A stretch of DNA of 64,000 nt from the human T2T-CHM13v2.0 reference genome, Homo sapiens, in the NCBI RefSeq assembly GCF_009914755.1, contig NC_060929.1; one strand, given 5' to 3'. Numbering within the stretch: position 1 is the first letter of the stretch; each line of letters starts with the position of its first letter. Shown one piece after another: positions 44,582 to 58,230 of the stretch. The notes beneath the pieces are model-generated. The model worked only from the letters and a program-made list of their open reading frames with translations, was not told the DNA's origin and did not search any database. The translations under genes were made by a program, and so were the position numbers.

Positions 44582-45288
44582 TTACATGATGTTATAAGGA
44601 AAGAATAGAAGGGCAATGGCATGACAAGAGTGTGGCTGTGTCCTCAGATGCTTCAGGATCCTTCCTGTGTGGACTCTGTCCCTGGATATGGTGCCCACCT
44701 TAGGGAGCTAGAGGCTGGGAAGAGGTCCAGCAGTCACCTGCATCTGCTACTGTTCTGTGTGGACACTTTGATCCTGTTAGTTATTATATAGTTATTTCTT
44801 GTTTAATTAGAAGGCAAATATTCCAGTTTCATAGTAGACATGTTTGTGGTCCTAAATATATAACCAACTAAAACACAATTGTTGGCCAAAATAAAAAAAA
44901 TCACTCCAGAAATGTGTAGAATGATGCAATTCATGTAAAAATTTAAAAACATTATACTTTCTATGGCTATATTTACATGTAATAAAGGGATAAAGCATGG
45001 ACTGGAGAGGATCCACACCTGCTTCATGAGAGTGGTTGCTTCTGTTGAATGAGCGTGCAGAAGTTATCAAAGATGATTTCGGTGTATCTGTAAGGTTTCA
45101 TTTTCTTCATCTAAACTATATTCATTAATTTAACTTTTTGCTTTGATTTTATTTCTTACATTTCCTTTATTCATGTTTCATTTGGAATCTTTGTCCCTCT
45201 GTATCATATAGGTAGAAACCCTCTGTATCATAATAATTTGATTATTTTTACTTCATTATCTATCACTTTAATAATGGTCAACAGGGGC

Positions 45289-48200
45289 CTGACAGAGGAG
45301 CTGAGGTAGCTCCCACCCTTCACCCTGATAAAACCTCAGCACATCTCACTGAGAGCTCCCCCGGCCACCTTCATCAAGCCTGGGACCTCTGCCAACCATT
45401 GGGTATTACATCTACACATCTGCCTTAGCTACTACCAGTGCTTACCCAAGGACACCTCCCCTAATTGGTCTAAAGCCTGAATCATCAACTCAGTAAATAA
45501 AATACTGGGGAAAAAGTAAATAAATAAATAAACTGTATACCTTGAGAGAATGAGATAAGCTTCAAGAGATCCCTGCCATTCCAACCCTATAGGAGACAGT
45601 GAACTTGCCCATGCACCAAGTATATAACTACTACAACCAGCATCTGGGAAAGCCAGTGCACAAGACTCTCTGTAACTAAGGAATTCATATAGAGTGTTCA
45701 CTCTTAAAAGCACCAAGAATCAAATTAGGCTAAAATAAACTATAAGCATTAAAGTCATATGCTTAAAAAAACACAGTCCAATTAAAAATAAATTCAAGAA
45801 CAATTTGAAGAAATAGTCTACCCAAGTGAGAAGGAAGCAGAAAAGTAAATCTGGCTAATATGACAAAACAGAGTTCTATAACACCCCCCAAAATATCACA
45901 CTAGCTCTCCAGCAATGGATCCAAATCAAGAACAAATCTCTGAAATGCCAGATAAAGACTTCAGAAGGTTGATTATTAAGCTACTCAACGAGGTACCAGA
46001 AAAAGGTGAAAACCAACATAAATAAATTTAAAAAGTCCAGGATATGAATGAAAATGTTTCCAGAGAACTAGATATCATAAAAACAATCAGAACTTCTGGA
46101 AATGAAAGACACTCTTAGGAATATATAAAATGCAGTAGAAAGTTTCAAAAATAGACTAGAACAAGAAGAAAAAGGAAAGTCAGAGCTTGAAGACAAGGCA
46201 TTTGAATTAACCCAATCAGACAAAGAAAAAAGAATTTTAAAAACTGAACAAAGTCTCCAAGAAATATGGGATTATGTAAAATGGCCAAACCTAAGAATAA
46301 TTGGTATTTGTTTTTTTTTTTTTTGAGATGGAGTCTCGCTCTGTCGCCCAGGCTGGAGTGCAGTGGTGTGATCTCGGCTCACTGAAAGCTCTGCCTCCCG
46401 GGTTCACGCCATTCTCAGAATAATTGGTATTTCTGAGGGAGAAGAGAAGTCTAAAAGTTTGGAAAACTTATTTGAGGGAATAATTGAGGAAAACTTCCCT
46501 GACCTTGCTAGAGATCTGGACATGTAAATACAAAAAGCTCGAAGAACACCTAGGAAATTCATTGGAAAAATATCACCATGGCACATAGTCATCAGTTTAT
46601 TTAAAGTTAGGACAAAGGAAAAAATTTTAATAATTGTGAGACAAAAGCATCAGATAATCTATACTGGAAAACCTGTCAGAGTAACAACAGATTCCTCAGC
46701 AGAAACCTTATAAGCCAGAAGGGATTAGGGTCTTATCTTTAGCCTCATTAAACAAAATAATTTTCATCAAGAATTTTGTATCCAGCAAAACTAAGCTTCA
46801 TAAATGAGCAGAGATAAAGTCTTTTTCAGACAAACAAATGATGTCAAACCCGCACTACAAGAAATGCTAAAAGAAGTTCTAAATCTTGAAACAAAAGTTT
46901 GAGATACACCAAAATAGAACCTCCTGAAAGCATAAATGTTATAGGGCCTATAAATTTACATTCAATGTTAATATTGAGATGTGAGGTGCTATTCTATTCA
47001 TCATGTTACTTGTTACCTAGATACTTTGTTTTTTTCATTGTATTATTTTTGGGTTATGATTGGGTTAATTCAAACACCTTGTCTTCAAGCTCTGACATTC
47101 CTTCTTCTACTTGTTCTAGTCTATTTTTGAAACTTTCTACTGCATTTTGTATATTCCTAAGAGTGTCTTTCATTTCCAGAAGTTCTGATTGTTTTTCTTT
47201 ATGATATCTAGTTCTCTGGAAACTTTTTCATTCTTATCCTGGATTTTTTTTTATTTATTTATGTTGGTTCTCACCTTTTTCTGGTACCTCCTTGAGTAGC
47301 TTAATAATCAAAGACACAAGGAAAAAAACAAAATATCTAGGTAACAAGTAATATGATGAATAGAATAGTGCCTCACATCTCAATATTAACATTGAATGTA
47401 AATGGCCTAAATCCTCCACTTACAAGATACAAAAGGGCAGAATGGATAAAAAATCACGAACCAAATATCTGCTGTCTCCAACAGACTCATCTAACACATA
47501 AGAACTCACATAAACATAAGGTAAATGGGTGGAAAAAGATATCTCATGCAAATGAAAACCAAAGGTGAGCAGGAGTAGCTATTGTTATATCAGACAAAAC
47601 AGACTTTAAAGCAATAACAGTAAAAAAAGACAAAGAAAAATATTATATAATGATAAAAGGATTAGTCCAACAGGAAGATATTACAATCCTAAATTTATAT
47701 CCTAACACAAGAGTTCCCAGATTTATAAAACAATTACTACTAGACCTAGAAAATGAGATAGAAAACAAGACAATAATAGTGGGGACCAATATTCTAATGA
47801 CAGCACTAGACAGATCATGAAGACAGAAAGTCAACAAAGAAACAGTGGACTTAAACTATACCCTAGAACAAATGGACTTAACAGATATTTACAGAACATT
47901 CTACCCAACAACTGCAGAATATACATTCTTCTCATTAGCACATGGAACATTCTCCAAGAGGGACTATAAGATAGGCCACAAAAGTCTCAATAAATTTAAG
48001 AAAATTGAAATTATACCAAGCACCCTCTCAGACTACAGTGGAAAAAACTGGAAATCAACTACAAAAAGAACCCTCAAAACTGTACAAATAAATGGAAATT
48101 AAATAGTCTGCTCTTGATTGATTTTTGGGTTAACAATGAAATCAAGATGGAAATTTAAAAATTCTTTGAAATCAATTATGACAGTGACACAATTTATCAA

Positions 48201-51200
48201 AACCTCTGGGACACAGCAGAAGCAGTGCCAAGAGGAAAGTTCATAGCATTAAATTCCTACATCAAAAAGTATGAAAGAACACAAATTGACAACATAATGT
48301 CACACCTCAAGAAACTAGAGAAACAAGAACTAACTAAACCCAAACCCAGCAGAAGAAAAGAAATAACAAAGATCAGAGTAGAACTAAATGAAATTGAAAT
48401 AAACAAAATACAAAAGATAAATGAAACAAAAAACTGTTTCTTTGAAAAGATAAACAAAATTGATGGACCATTAGCAGTATTAACCAAGAAAAAAAGAGAG
48501 AAGATCCAAATAAGCTCAATTAGAAACGAAACTTGGGATACTGCAACCAATATCACAGAAATACAAAAGATCATTCAAGGCTATTGTAAACAGCTTTATG
48601 TGGACAAACTAGAAAACCTAGAGGAGACGGATAAACTTCTGGAAATATACAACCCCCCTAGACTAAACCAGGAAGAAATAGAAACTCTAAAAGACCAATA
48701 ACAAGTAGTGAGATTGAAATAGTAATAAAAAAAATTGCGAAAAAAAAAAATTCCAGGACCAGATGGATTAACAGCTGAATTCTATTAGACATTTAAAGAA
48801 GAATTGGTACCTATCCTACTGAAACTATTTCAAAAGATGAGAATTAGAGAATCCTCCCTAAGTTGTTCTATGAAGCCAGTATCTCACTAATATCAAAACC
48901 AAGAAAAGACATAACAAAGAAAGAAAACTACAGACCTATATACCTGATGAACATAGATGCAAAAATTCTCAACAAAATACTAGCTAACCAAATTCAACTG
49001 CATATCAAAAATATAATACATCATGATGAAGTGGGTTTCATACCAGGGATGCAGGGGTGGTTTAACATATGCAAGTCAATAAATGTGATACATCACATAA
49101 ACAGAACTAAAAACAAAAACATATGATCATCTCTATAGTTGTGGAAAAAGCATTAGATAAAATCCAGCATCCTTTTATGATAAAAACTCTCAACGAAATA
49201 GGCATGGAAGGGACTTACTTCAAAGTGATAAAAACCATCTATGACAAAATTATAGCCAACATTGTACTGAATGGGCAAAAGTTGAAAGCATTATCCCTGA
49301 GAACTGGAATGAGACAAGGATGCCCACTCTCACCACTTCTATTCAACATGGTACTGGAAGTCCTGGCCTGATCAATCAGACAAGAGAAAGAAATAAAGGG
49401 CATCCAAATCGGGAAAGAGGAAGTCAAATTGTTACTGTTTGCTGATGATATGATCGTATACCTAGAAACCCTTAAAGACTCCTCTGGAAAGCTCCTAGAT
49501 CTGATAAATGAATTCAGTGAAGTCTCAGGATACAAAATCAATGTACACAAATCAGTAGCACTGCTGTACATCAACAATGACAAAGCTGAGAATCAAATCA
49601 AGAACTCAATCTCTTTTACAACAGCTACAGAAAAGATTCTTAGGAATATACTTAACAAAGGAGGTGAAGGATCTCTACAAGGAAAATGACAAAACACTGC
49701 TGAAAGAAATCATAGATAACACAAACAAATGGAAAAACACCCTATGCTCATGAATGGGAAGAATCAATACTGTGAAAATGACCATATTGCCCAAAGAAAT
49801 CTACAGATTCAATGCAATTCCCATCAAAATACCATCATCATTCTTTACGGAACTAGAAAAAACAATCCTAAAATTCATATGGAACCAAAAAAGAGCCCAC
49901 ATAGCCAAAGCAATACTAAGCAAAAAGAACAAATCTGGAGACAGCACATTACCCAACTTCAAATTATACTACAAGGCTATAGTTACCAAAACAGCAAGGT
50001 ACTGGTATAAAAATAGGCACATACACCAATGGAATAGAATAGAGAACACAGAAATAAAGCCAAATACTTACAGCCAACTGATCTTTGACAAAGTATACAA
50101 AAATATAAGTTAGGGAAAGGGCACCCTATTCAATAAATGGTGCTGGGAAAACTGGCAAACCACATGTAGAAGAATGAAACTGGATCCTCATCTCTCACCT
50201 TATACAAAAATCGACTCAAGATGGATCAAAGACTTAAATCCAAGACCTGAAACCATAAAAATTCTAGAAGATAACATTGGGAAAACTATTGTAGATATTG
50301 GCTTAGGAAATTAATTCATGACTAAGACCCCAAAAGCAAATGCAACAAAAATAAAAATAAATAAATGGTACATAATTAAACTAAAAAGCTTCTGTACAAC
50401 AAAAGAAAGAATTAGCAGAGTAAAAGACAACCCATAGAGTGGGAGAAAATCTTCACAAACTATGCATCTGACAGTGGACTAATATCCAGAATCTACATGG
50501 AACTCAAACTAATCAGCAAGAAAAAAACAAATAATCCCATCAAAAAGTGGGCTAAAGATATAAATAGACAATAAAAGAAGATATATAAATGGACAACAAA
50601 CGTATGAAAAAAATGCTCAGCATCACAAATTATTAGAGAAATGCAAATTAAAACCACAGTGAGATACCACCTTACTTCTGCAAGAATGTCCATAATTAAA
50701 AAGTCTAAAAACAATAGATGTTGGTGTGGATGTGGTGAAAAACAATTTTACTCAGCTGGGGGGAATGTATATTAGTACAACCACTATGGAAAGCAGTATG
50801 GAGAGTCCTTGAAGAACAAAAGATAGAAATACCATTTGATCCAGCAATCCCACTAGTGAATATCTACTCAGAGGAAAATAAGTCATTATATTAAAAAGAT
50901 ACATGCACATGCATGTTCATAGCAGCACAATTTATAATTGCAAACATATGGAACCAACCTAAGTCCCCATCAACCCATGGGTAGATAAATAAAATATGGT
51001 ATATATACACTGTTGAATACTATTCAGCCATAAAAAGGAATGAAATAGTGTCTTTTGCAGCAACTTGGGTGGAGCTGGAGGCCATTATTCCAAGTGAAGT
51101 AACTCAGGAATGGAAAATCAAATATCATATGTTCTCACTTATAAGTGGGAGCTAAACTATGAGGATGCAAAGGCATAAGAATAATATAATGGACTTTGGA

Positions 51201-51333
51201 GACTTGGAGGGGAAGATTGGGAGGTGGGTGAGGGATAAAAGACTCACCCACAGGGTTACCTGGTTATCTATGTAACAAAAAACCACCTATACTCCAAAAA
51301 CTATTGAAATAAAAGTAACAATTAATTAAAAAA
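45289..51333 (+). mobile_element. Near full-length L1 (L1PB-like), ~6 kb, inactive: 5' UTR, ORF1 (~45860-46950), ORF2 (from ~47353), 3' UTR and polyA
   Basis: EN (TLNVNGLN...CCLQQTHL) and RT (LFADDMIVY) motifs in fragmented ORFs; degenerate TSD aataatggtcaacaggg / aaaagtggccagcaggg. Confidence 0.95.
46310..46416 (-). mobile_element. 5'-truncated AluY (107 bp) inserted in L1 ORF1
   Basis: Perfect 16-bp TSD agaataattggtattt at 46294-46309 and 46417-46432. Confidence 0.93.
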
Positions 51334-51483
51334 AGTGGCCAGCAGGGAGAACACAGAAAAGGTGAGTTGAATTAGGAAGGAGCTACATACTCCAAGGACA
51401 GTTGAAGGCTTCTTCTTCCTTTCTGTTCCAGCTGTTCATCTGTTCCTCCAAATAGTCTTCCCATATCTTTTCTATTTGGCTCT

Positions 51484-51941
51484 TGTGAAAGTTGATAATA
51501 TGAATTGTGTCATTCTTGTCATAGCCAACTAAATCTGAGTCAAGAGGGCAGGCGGGAAAATCACTTGAGGCACAGAGCACCTGCTCCAAGAACTGAATTT
51601 TCCACAAGCCTGGCTGCTGAAACAGCTAGCTGTAACCCAAAGAGCAGTTTTACCTTGTAGCTGCTGAAATGACTGGGTGTGACGCTAAGACTAGTTGTAC
51701 CTACCACCGTCACTTACCAGTCAGAGCTTGCCAGCTTTCGAAAGCTTCTCTAGTGCTGATGAGATTTCTTTCAAAACAGTACATAACATTGATCTTTCTA
51801 ATAAAACTCCCAATCTTCTCTTTGTTCTTTGGACATGCCGAAGACTGCCTGGTCTGTGTATGCCCTGAATTGCAATTCTGTGATTCCCAAATAAAATATT
51901 ACATTTAGAGATTTGTCTCTGTTTTCATTTTAATTTTGATA
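51484..51941 (+). mobile_element. Solo LTR, LTR47-like
   Basis: TGTGAAAGTTG...gtcattcttgtcata...aataaa...tttgata; CTCT flanks both sides. Confidence 0.65.
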
Positions 51942-54284
51942 CTCTTGAAAAAAACAGACAGCATCCAGGGACAATAGCAGTTCTTTCCCTTAATCATATA
52001 TATAAATTCTAAGATGCTTGTTTTTTCACATTCTCACATCTCTGAAATTAGTTTGTATCTTACAATTGATGATTCTTAGGTGCAATGAGCCATGATAGAA
52101 GATATAGCCCTGTACAATGGGGTAGTTACTGCTTCTCCTGCACACTGATGGCTCCACATTTATGTAACTCCAGCTAAACCTCGGTCCTGATCACTGCTTC
52201 CTACCCTGCAATTCCCCTAGATACCTCAGGTGTTTCAAAAACGGAACACACTCACAACTGAAAGCACACTTTTTCCCTCTCATCCAGAGCTGCCTGTAGG
52301 CCACAGGGCACTCTTTTGTGTTAAAAATACATGCTCACCGCTGCAGGTAAGTAGGGCCTTGTGAAAATTAGAAAAGGTCATCCCACTCCCACAGTAGTGC
52401 AGTTAAAATGGCACAGCACATGATGTGGCCCTGCTCCTACCTGCCCACCCGTATGCATTCCCTAGATCAGTGAGTGGCCCCAGCCCCAGCATCCACTCGG
52501 TTTTCCAACTGGCTGCTCAGATAATGTCTTGGATCTTCCCTTTTCATCCCGATCAACATTTATGAATCACTACATTCTATTATAGGAAATACTGCTGTAG
52601 ATGTTTCACTTCTGAATTGTTTTCTTAGATTAAAACATTTAGGAATGGAATTGTTGGAGACCACGTGTTTTTATGTTTATGAATGGTGAGTTCTGTCATA
52701 AAATAAAAGTAACACCCTATACAAGTCAAAGCCTATTGATTAGGCATTCTTTATTTCCCAGGTTTATTAAATTTTGTGTCCAAGTAGGAAAAGGCAGTAA
52801 GACTTAGACCTCTGATTCAAATGAGGTGGCTGTGGGAGTAACTGAGACAAGAAGTAAGCACACTAATTCTGTGTGCAGATGATGGACCAGGAGGAGACTC
52901 CTGCTTCTGATTGGGAATGGACACTATCAGAATATTCCGTCCTGCTCACAGAATATATTATAAGGATATCGGTAGTTCTGTGTGCTAAAATGACTTGAAT
53001 CTTTCGCCCTTTTGAATAATCAGTTGAAGTTGGGGCTCACTGACAACCAAACCTCAGCCCAGGTCACCCTCATGTCCCAAGGGAGGACACCAGAACAGTG
53101 AGAAGATTTCACATTGGAGCCCAGATTGGCATATTAGAGGTGATTGGTACTGCTACTTTCTGGCCCGCTGCACACTATAAAATAGTCTTCTCTTCTTTTT
53201 CCTATGCCTGGTTAAGAATACACAGTTTGGCACATGAGGGCAGGTCAGGACAGACTGAAACAAACCATTTTCTCTCATGCTTTACCTTGAAGCTTAATTA
53301 GTTGGCTCTACCAGAAATATGTGCTCCATGTGGCTATACTGATTCTCAAATAGCAGTTTTCAACACCACCAATGGCTAGTACTGATTGAACAAATATTTA
53401 CTGAACTAATGTTTACAGGCCCTGGCGATTTCTATATAAATAAGGAAGAGAGAATATCTGCTTTTGAGCAGCTGATTGCATTGAATGAGTGAATCCAACT
53501 TTATCGTTATTTCTTAAAGATTATGATCATTTAAAGACATTCTTACTCTTTAGCAGACATTTGGTGGTTTCTCAGGTTTAAGTTGCATTTTTAAATTATT
53601 TAGAGAATAAATTCTTTTCCAACAGTTGTTTAAGAAATATGCATTTCTCCACATGTGAATTATCAGTTTCTATTCTTACTGTTGATAATTTTAAAAAGTC
53701 CCATCTGGCAAATGGCAATGAAACTCTGAGAAGTTAAATGAGTTGTTCCAGGTCACAGTGGGAGAGATAGAGGTATCAAAGTTAGATCAAGAAGCAAGGT
53801 CACCTGCCTCTTAGTTTGTGTTGATTCTACTAAGCATTCTAAGCGATACCTCTAAACATATCTTTTCAGCCTCATTTTAAAGGATAATATGCTTTGTCTT
53901 AAAATCTCTCCTTAAGGCGAATGTGCTGTGAAGAGGGCTGTCTCTAAAAGCTAGCTGTACTTTCACTCCATAATTTTGGAATTATAGAACATTATCTAAC
54001 TGAAGGGCTGGGGATTGTATTTCTTGGTATTTGTGGTATTCTTGGACCAAAGAAGTCCCTTTATCTTTGACATTTTAAACTTCTGACTTTCCTTACAGAG
54101 TTGAAAATGTGCCCCTAGCTTATACCTTGTTAGTGCCTTTCTTTATGTATTAAGGTTTCATTCCTTAAGTGTCTTTTTACAACACCTCAGGGACTCATCT
54201 CTTCTAGACCTCCACCCCCCTCTTTTACACTCCATATGCAAACAAATATATTTTGTATTTTTACTGATAAAATCTTATAGTTGG

Positions 54285-54832
54285 TATTTGTCAGGGTTCT
54301 CTAGAGGGACAGAACAGGAGAGATGTATATATAAAGAGGAGTTTATTAAGGAGAGTTGACTCACACGATCACGAGGTGAAGTCCCACAATAGGCTGTCTC
54401 CAAGCTGAGGAGCAAGGAAGCCAGTCTGAGTCCTGAAACCTCTTAAGTAGGGAAGCCCACAGTGCAGCCTTCAGTCTGTGGCCAAAGGCCTGAGAACCCC
54501 TGGAAATCTTTGGTGTAAGTCCAAGAGTCCAAAAGTTGAAGAACTTGGACTCTGATGTTCAAGGGCAGGAAGCATCCAGCATGGCAGAAAGATGAAGTCC
54601 GGAAGACTCAGGAAGTCAAGTCCTTCCACATTCTTCTGTCTGCTTTTATCCTAGCAGAGCTGGCAGCTGATTAGATAAGATGGTGCCCACCCAGACTGAG
54701 GGTGGGTCTGCCTCTCCCAGTCCACTGACTCGAATGTTAATCTCCTTTGGCAATATCCTCACAGACACACCCAGGAACAATACTTTGCATCCTTCAATCC
54801 AATCAAGTTGACACTCAATATTAACCATCACA
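54285..54832 (-). mobile_element. MLT2A (HERV-L) solo LTR, ~550 bp (MLT2A2-sized)
   Basis: - strand starts TGTGATGGTTAATATTGAGTGTCAACTTG; 5-bp TSD GTTGG. Confidence 0.9.
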
Positions 54833-57100
54833 GTTGGCAAAGATAAATTGTCTCTTGAATTAAATTCAGTTTATAACTATTTTAAAGAATAACAGCTACA
54901 AGTCTGAGACATGGGCTATTTACTCCGATTTCTATACAATAGCTTATCTATATTTTCTTTGTGGATCTTAAAAGTAAAATAATTACCATTATAAACACAC
55001 TGAATTGCTGTAGAATTATGATTTTATCATTCAGCCATTTAAAAAAATCAGTTTTCAAATCTCCTAATTAAATTAATTAAAATGTTTAGTTGCTTTTTAT
55101 AAATTCAATGATAATTAGTCTAATCATTTATTCAACAATTAAACTACAACAGAAATGAATTATTCAGAGCTTCATATTCTTTGTAAAGGCATTGAATTTT
55201 CTAAGTTCACTTCAACTCAACTCCACTGAAAATCAGCTCAAAACACAGGAAAGCAAATGAATATATTAGAAGTTCTGATGATCAATGGGACCTGTTTTCA
55301 TGCTTAATTTCACTTTTATATGTCAAAGAATGGGTTTCATCATGATATTTCACTCCAAGGAGAGCATTAATTTATCATTATAAAGGTATCTGATATAATA
55401 ATGTATTGACATAATTAATTGGTAGAATTAATATAAAGAGATTGTCCATTGCTAAAATGGATTAATGAATGTCTCAACTCAAGAAAATATGCAGACAGCT
55501 AGGAATAGCTCCCTAGTTTTGTGAGCTACCTTACCTGCTCAGGCTTATATATATTCCCTTTCTCACTTAAAGAAGGGAATGGTCTCCCTTGGCTGAAAGC
55601 TCAAGTCCATTTGCTGCTGGCAACTTGCCATGAGAACTGGGAAAGTCACTCTCCAGGCTTGCTTCCTAGCTGTTAATTTAAGAGCTTGCACTAAGTCATG
55701 GCTAGAACGTCTTCTGGTTTCAAGATTTTAGGAGTCCATAAGCATTAGAGTTTCAGCCTTGCTTTGAAATCAAGTATTTTACTTTATCAAGTAAGAGTTA
55801 CACTGTATATGTATACATAACGAAAAGCAAGTGATGAAAAGGAGAAAATGGTATGATTAACATGTTAACAGTACTGGTGGGGCGAAGGTGGTGGAAACCC
55901 AAGTTTTTTAGCCCTCCTGGTCACCTCTCATTTAATATTTAAATCAAAAGAGCTTGCTTGAGTCCTTATTCTGCTTACATGAGAAATTAAAACCCCGACT
56001 TCTGATTTCATGAAGTTATTAGTCTCTCATCTCACCTCATTCAGCTATTCCCTTCTTTCATCATTGCATTGAATCCAAATGTGGAATAGCATTCTTTTTC
56101 ATTGATATTTTCCACCAAACCACACCATATGTACTAGACTTACTGAAGTGTTAGGCTCAACATACAGCTAAGCTTAGCAGGCTGTTTGCACTCTAATTCT
56201 TTGAAGTGCTTGGCCAATCCCACTGCTGAAAAGTCACAAACCAGAGACCCCTCTCACATCTGCCCTCCTCATATCCCATACCTCCAGAAGCTCCCAACTT
56301 CTCCCACTTTATTATGCATAAGTGTTTAGCTCTGTTTCTCAACCAGGCCATGAGAGTGTTTCTTTTCACAGCTGATGATGGTGTTAACACGTAGATAACT
56401 AAACAAAGACGTTTCTCTCCATATGAGGAATTCTGCCTCTAGGTTACAAGTTTTTTTCCTTCTAGGCAAAGTGGGATGGCAAGGTAGGAAAGAGTGAGCA
56501 GGAAACATGGAGGTGGCTTGGAAAGAAGGAGGCCAAGAAAGGGAAATACTATCCCTGAGTTGCCCACCACTGGCAGCATGCTGTGTTGAGGGTCTTACAA
56601 ATATTATCCCAGTCAATCATCTCAACAATATAATCTACCTATGAGGTAGATTATGTAATTGCCCCCCATTATAAAGATGAGTACACAGGTTTGGGGAGGT
56701 TAAGTTGCTCAACATCATATTGCTATTAAGTGGCAGACTTGAGATCTGAATATAGGCAGTCTTTTTGCTTAATCACTGTAAAATGCTGCTTTGTCTATTA
56801 TGCTGGTCTGGCACGTACATTATTGCATTTTATTCCCATGAGCTACGTGCAATTTTCATCATTATTTTCTGAAAAGTAAACTTTTCCAAAGTCACAAAGT
56901 TAGGATGTAATGGCACCAGGAATCAAACCCAGCTCACTCAGCTCCAAAGTCTATGTGGCATGATAGGCTTTCCACTGAAAATATTAATGTACCTATACTT
57001 TTACTTGAGTTTAACAAGCAGAATTTATAATAATTTTATTAAAAATTTTGCAAGGTTTTGTAATAAACATCACAGATTTGCTCCTTAAGAACATTAAGTT

Positions 57101-57409
<309 letters not shown>

Positions 57410-58077
57410 TTACGTTTACAGTGTAAACAATAGAAAGAAAAGGAGAAGGAATGCTTCAAAGAAGATGAAAGAAAACACCTTTAGATAGTAAAGATACAAT
57501 TGGGCAAGAAATGCACACAGTTGGGATTGTGAGGTACTAGTATGCTAATTTCAGGATTTTAAACCCATGGATTCTAGTAGGAAACATCTTACTGTGTGCT
57601 TTAACTTGATGAAAATTAACTGGCAAGTATGAAAACATACATTGTTGTTATTTTAAATGTTGCAACTAAAATACGGAGTTTTTGCTGTCTTTTGAAATTA
57701 GAATGCCCACAGAAATATTTTACCTGTAAAAATTACAGAAAAGGCTGACAGGCAATTTGAGTCTGTTCTTAATGAGTAGCCCACCAGAGAAATGAAAAGA
57801 ATTTAGAACCAATTGACTCTAATGCATCGGGGCCATCCCAATGAATGCTTCAGTCCCTTTTTTTGAAGTACCTGACATGTGTTTGTGCAGCCTCTGCTTG
57901 GTCCCCTCTGTGGATGGAGAACTCTGTTTTGTCTTAGGCAAGTAGGCTGTCGTGAGTATTAGAAAATTCAGTGCAGTGATAAAATGTGTTTCCTGATATA
58001 TTCTGTTCATTTTGGATTTTGCTTAATGAAATGGGAGAATAAATTTATCCTGCTCTGTAGTGTTGGTTTAAATCCTT

Positions 58078-58230
58078 CGTTTTTTGAAATGTGGTCTTGC
58101 TCTGTTGTCCAGGCTGGAGTGCAGGGACACAATCATAGCTCACTGCAGTCTTGAACTCCTGGTCCCAAGTGATCCTTCTGCCTCAGCCTCCTGAGTTGCT
58201 GGGATTACAGGCTGAGACACCGTACCTGGT
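58078..58230 (-). mobile_element. Alu monomer-length fragment
   Basis: Alu motifs; taaatcctt flanks both sides. Confidence 0.75.

Noticed and set aside
43887-45010. 53-bp direct repeat as the TSD of the FABP5 retrocopy
   Set aside because: One copy is internal to the 3' UTR; the true TSD (ttacatgat) flanks 43796-44581
47353-50714. Endonuclease/reverse-transcriptase ORFs as an active or novel retroelement
   Set aside because: Fragments of a decayed L1 ORF2 with many stops and frameshifts
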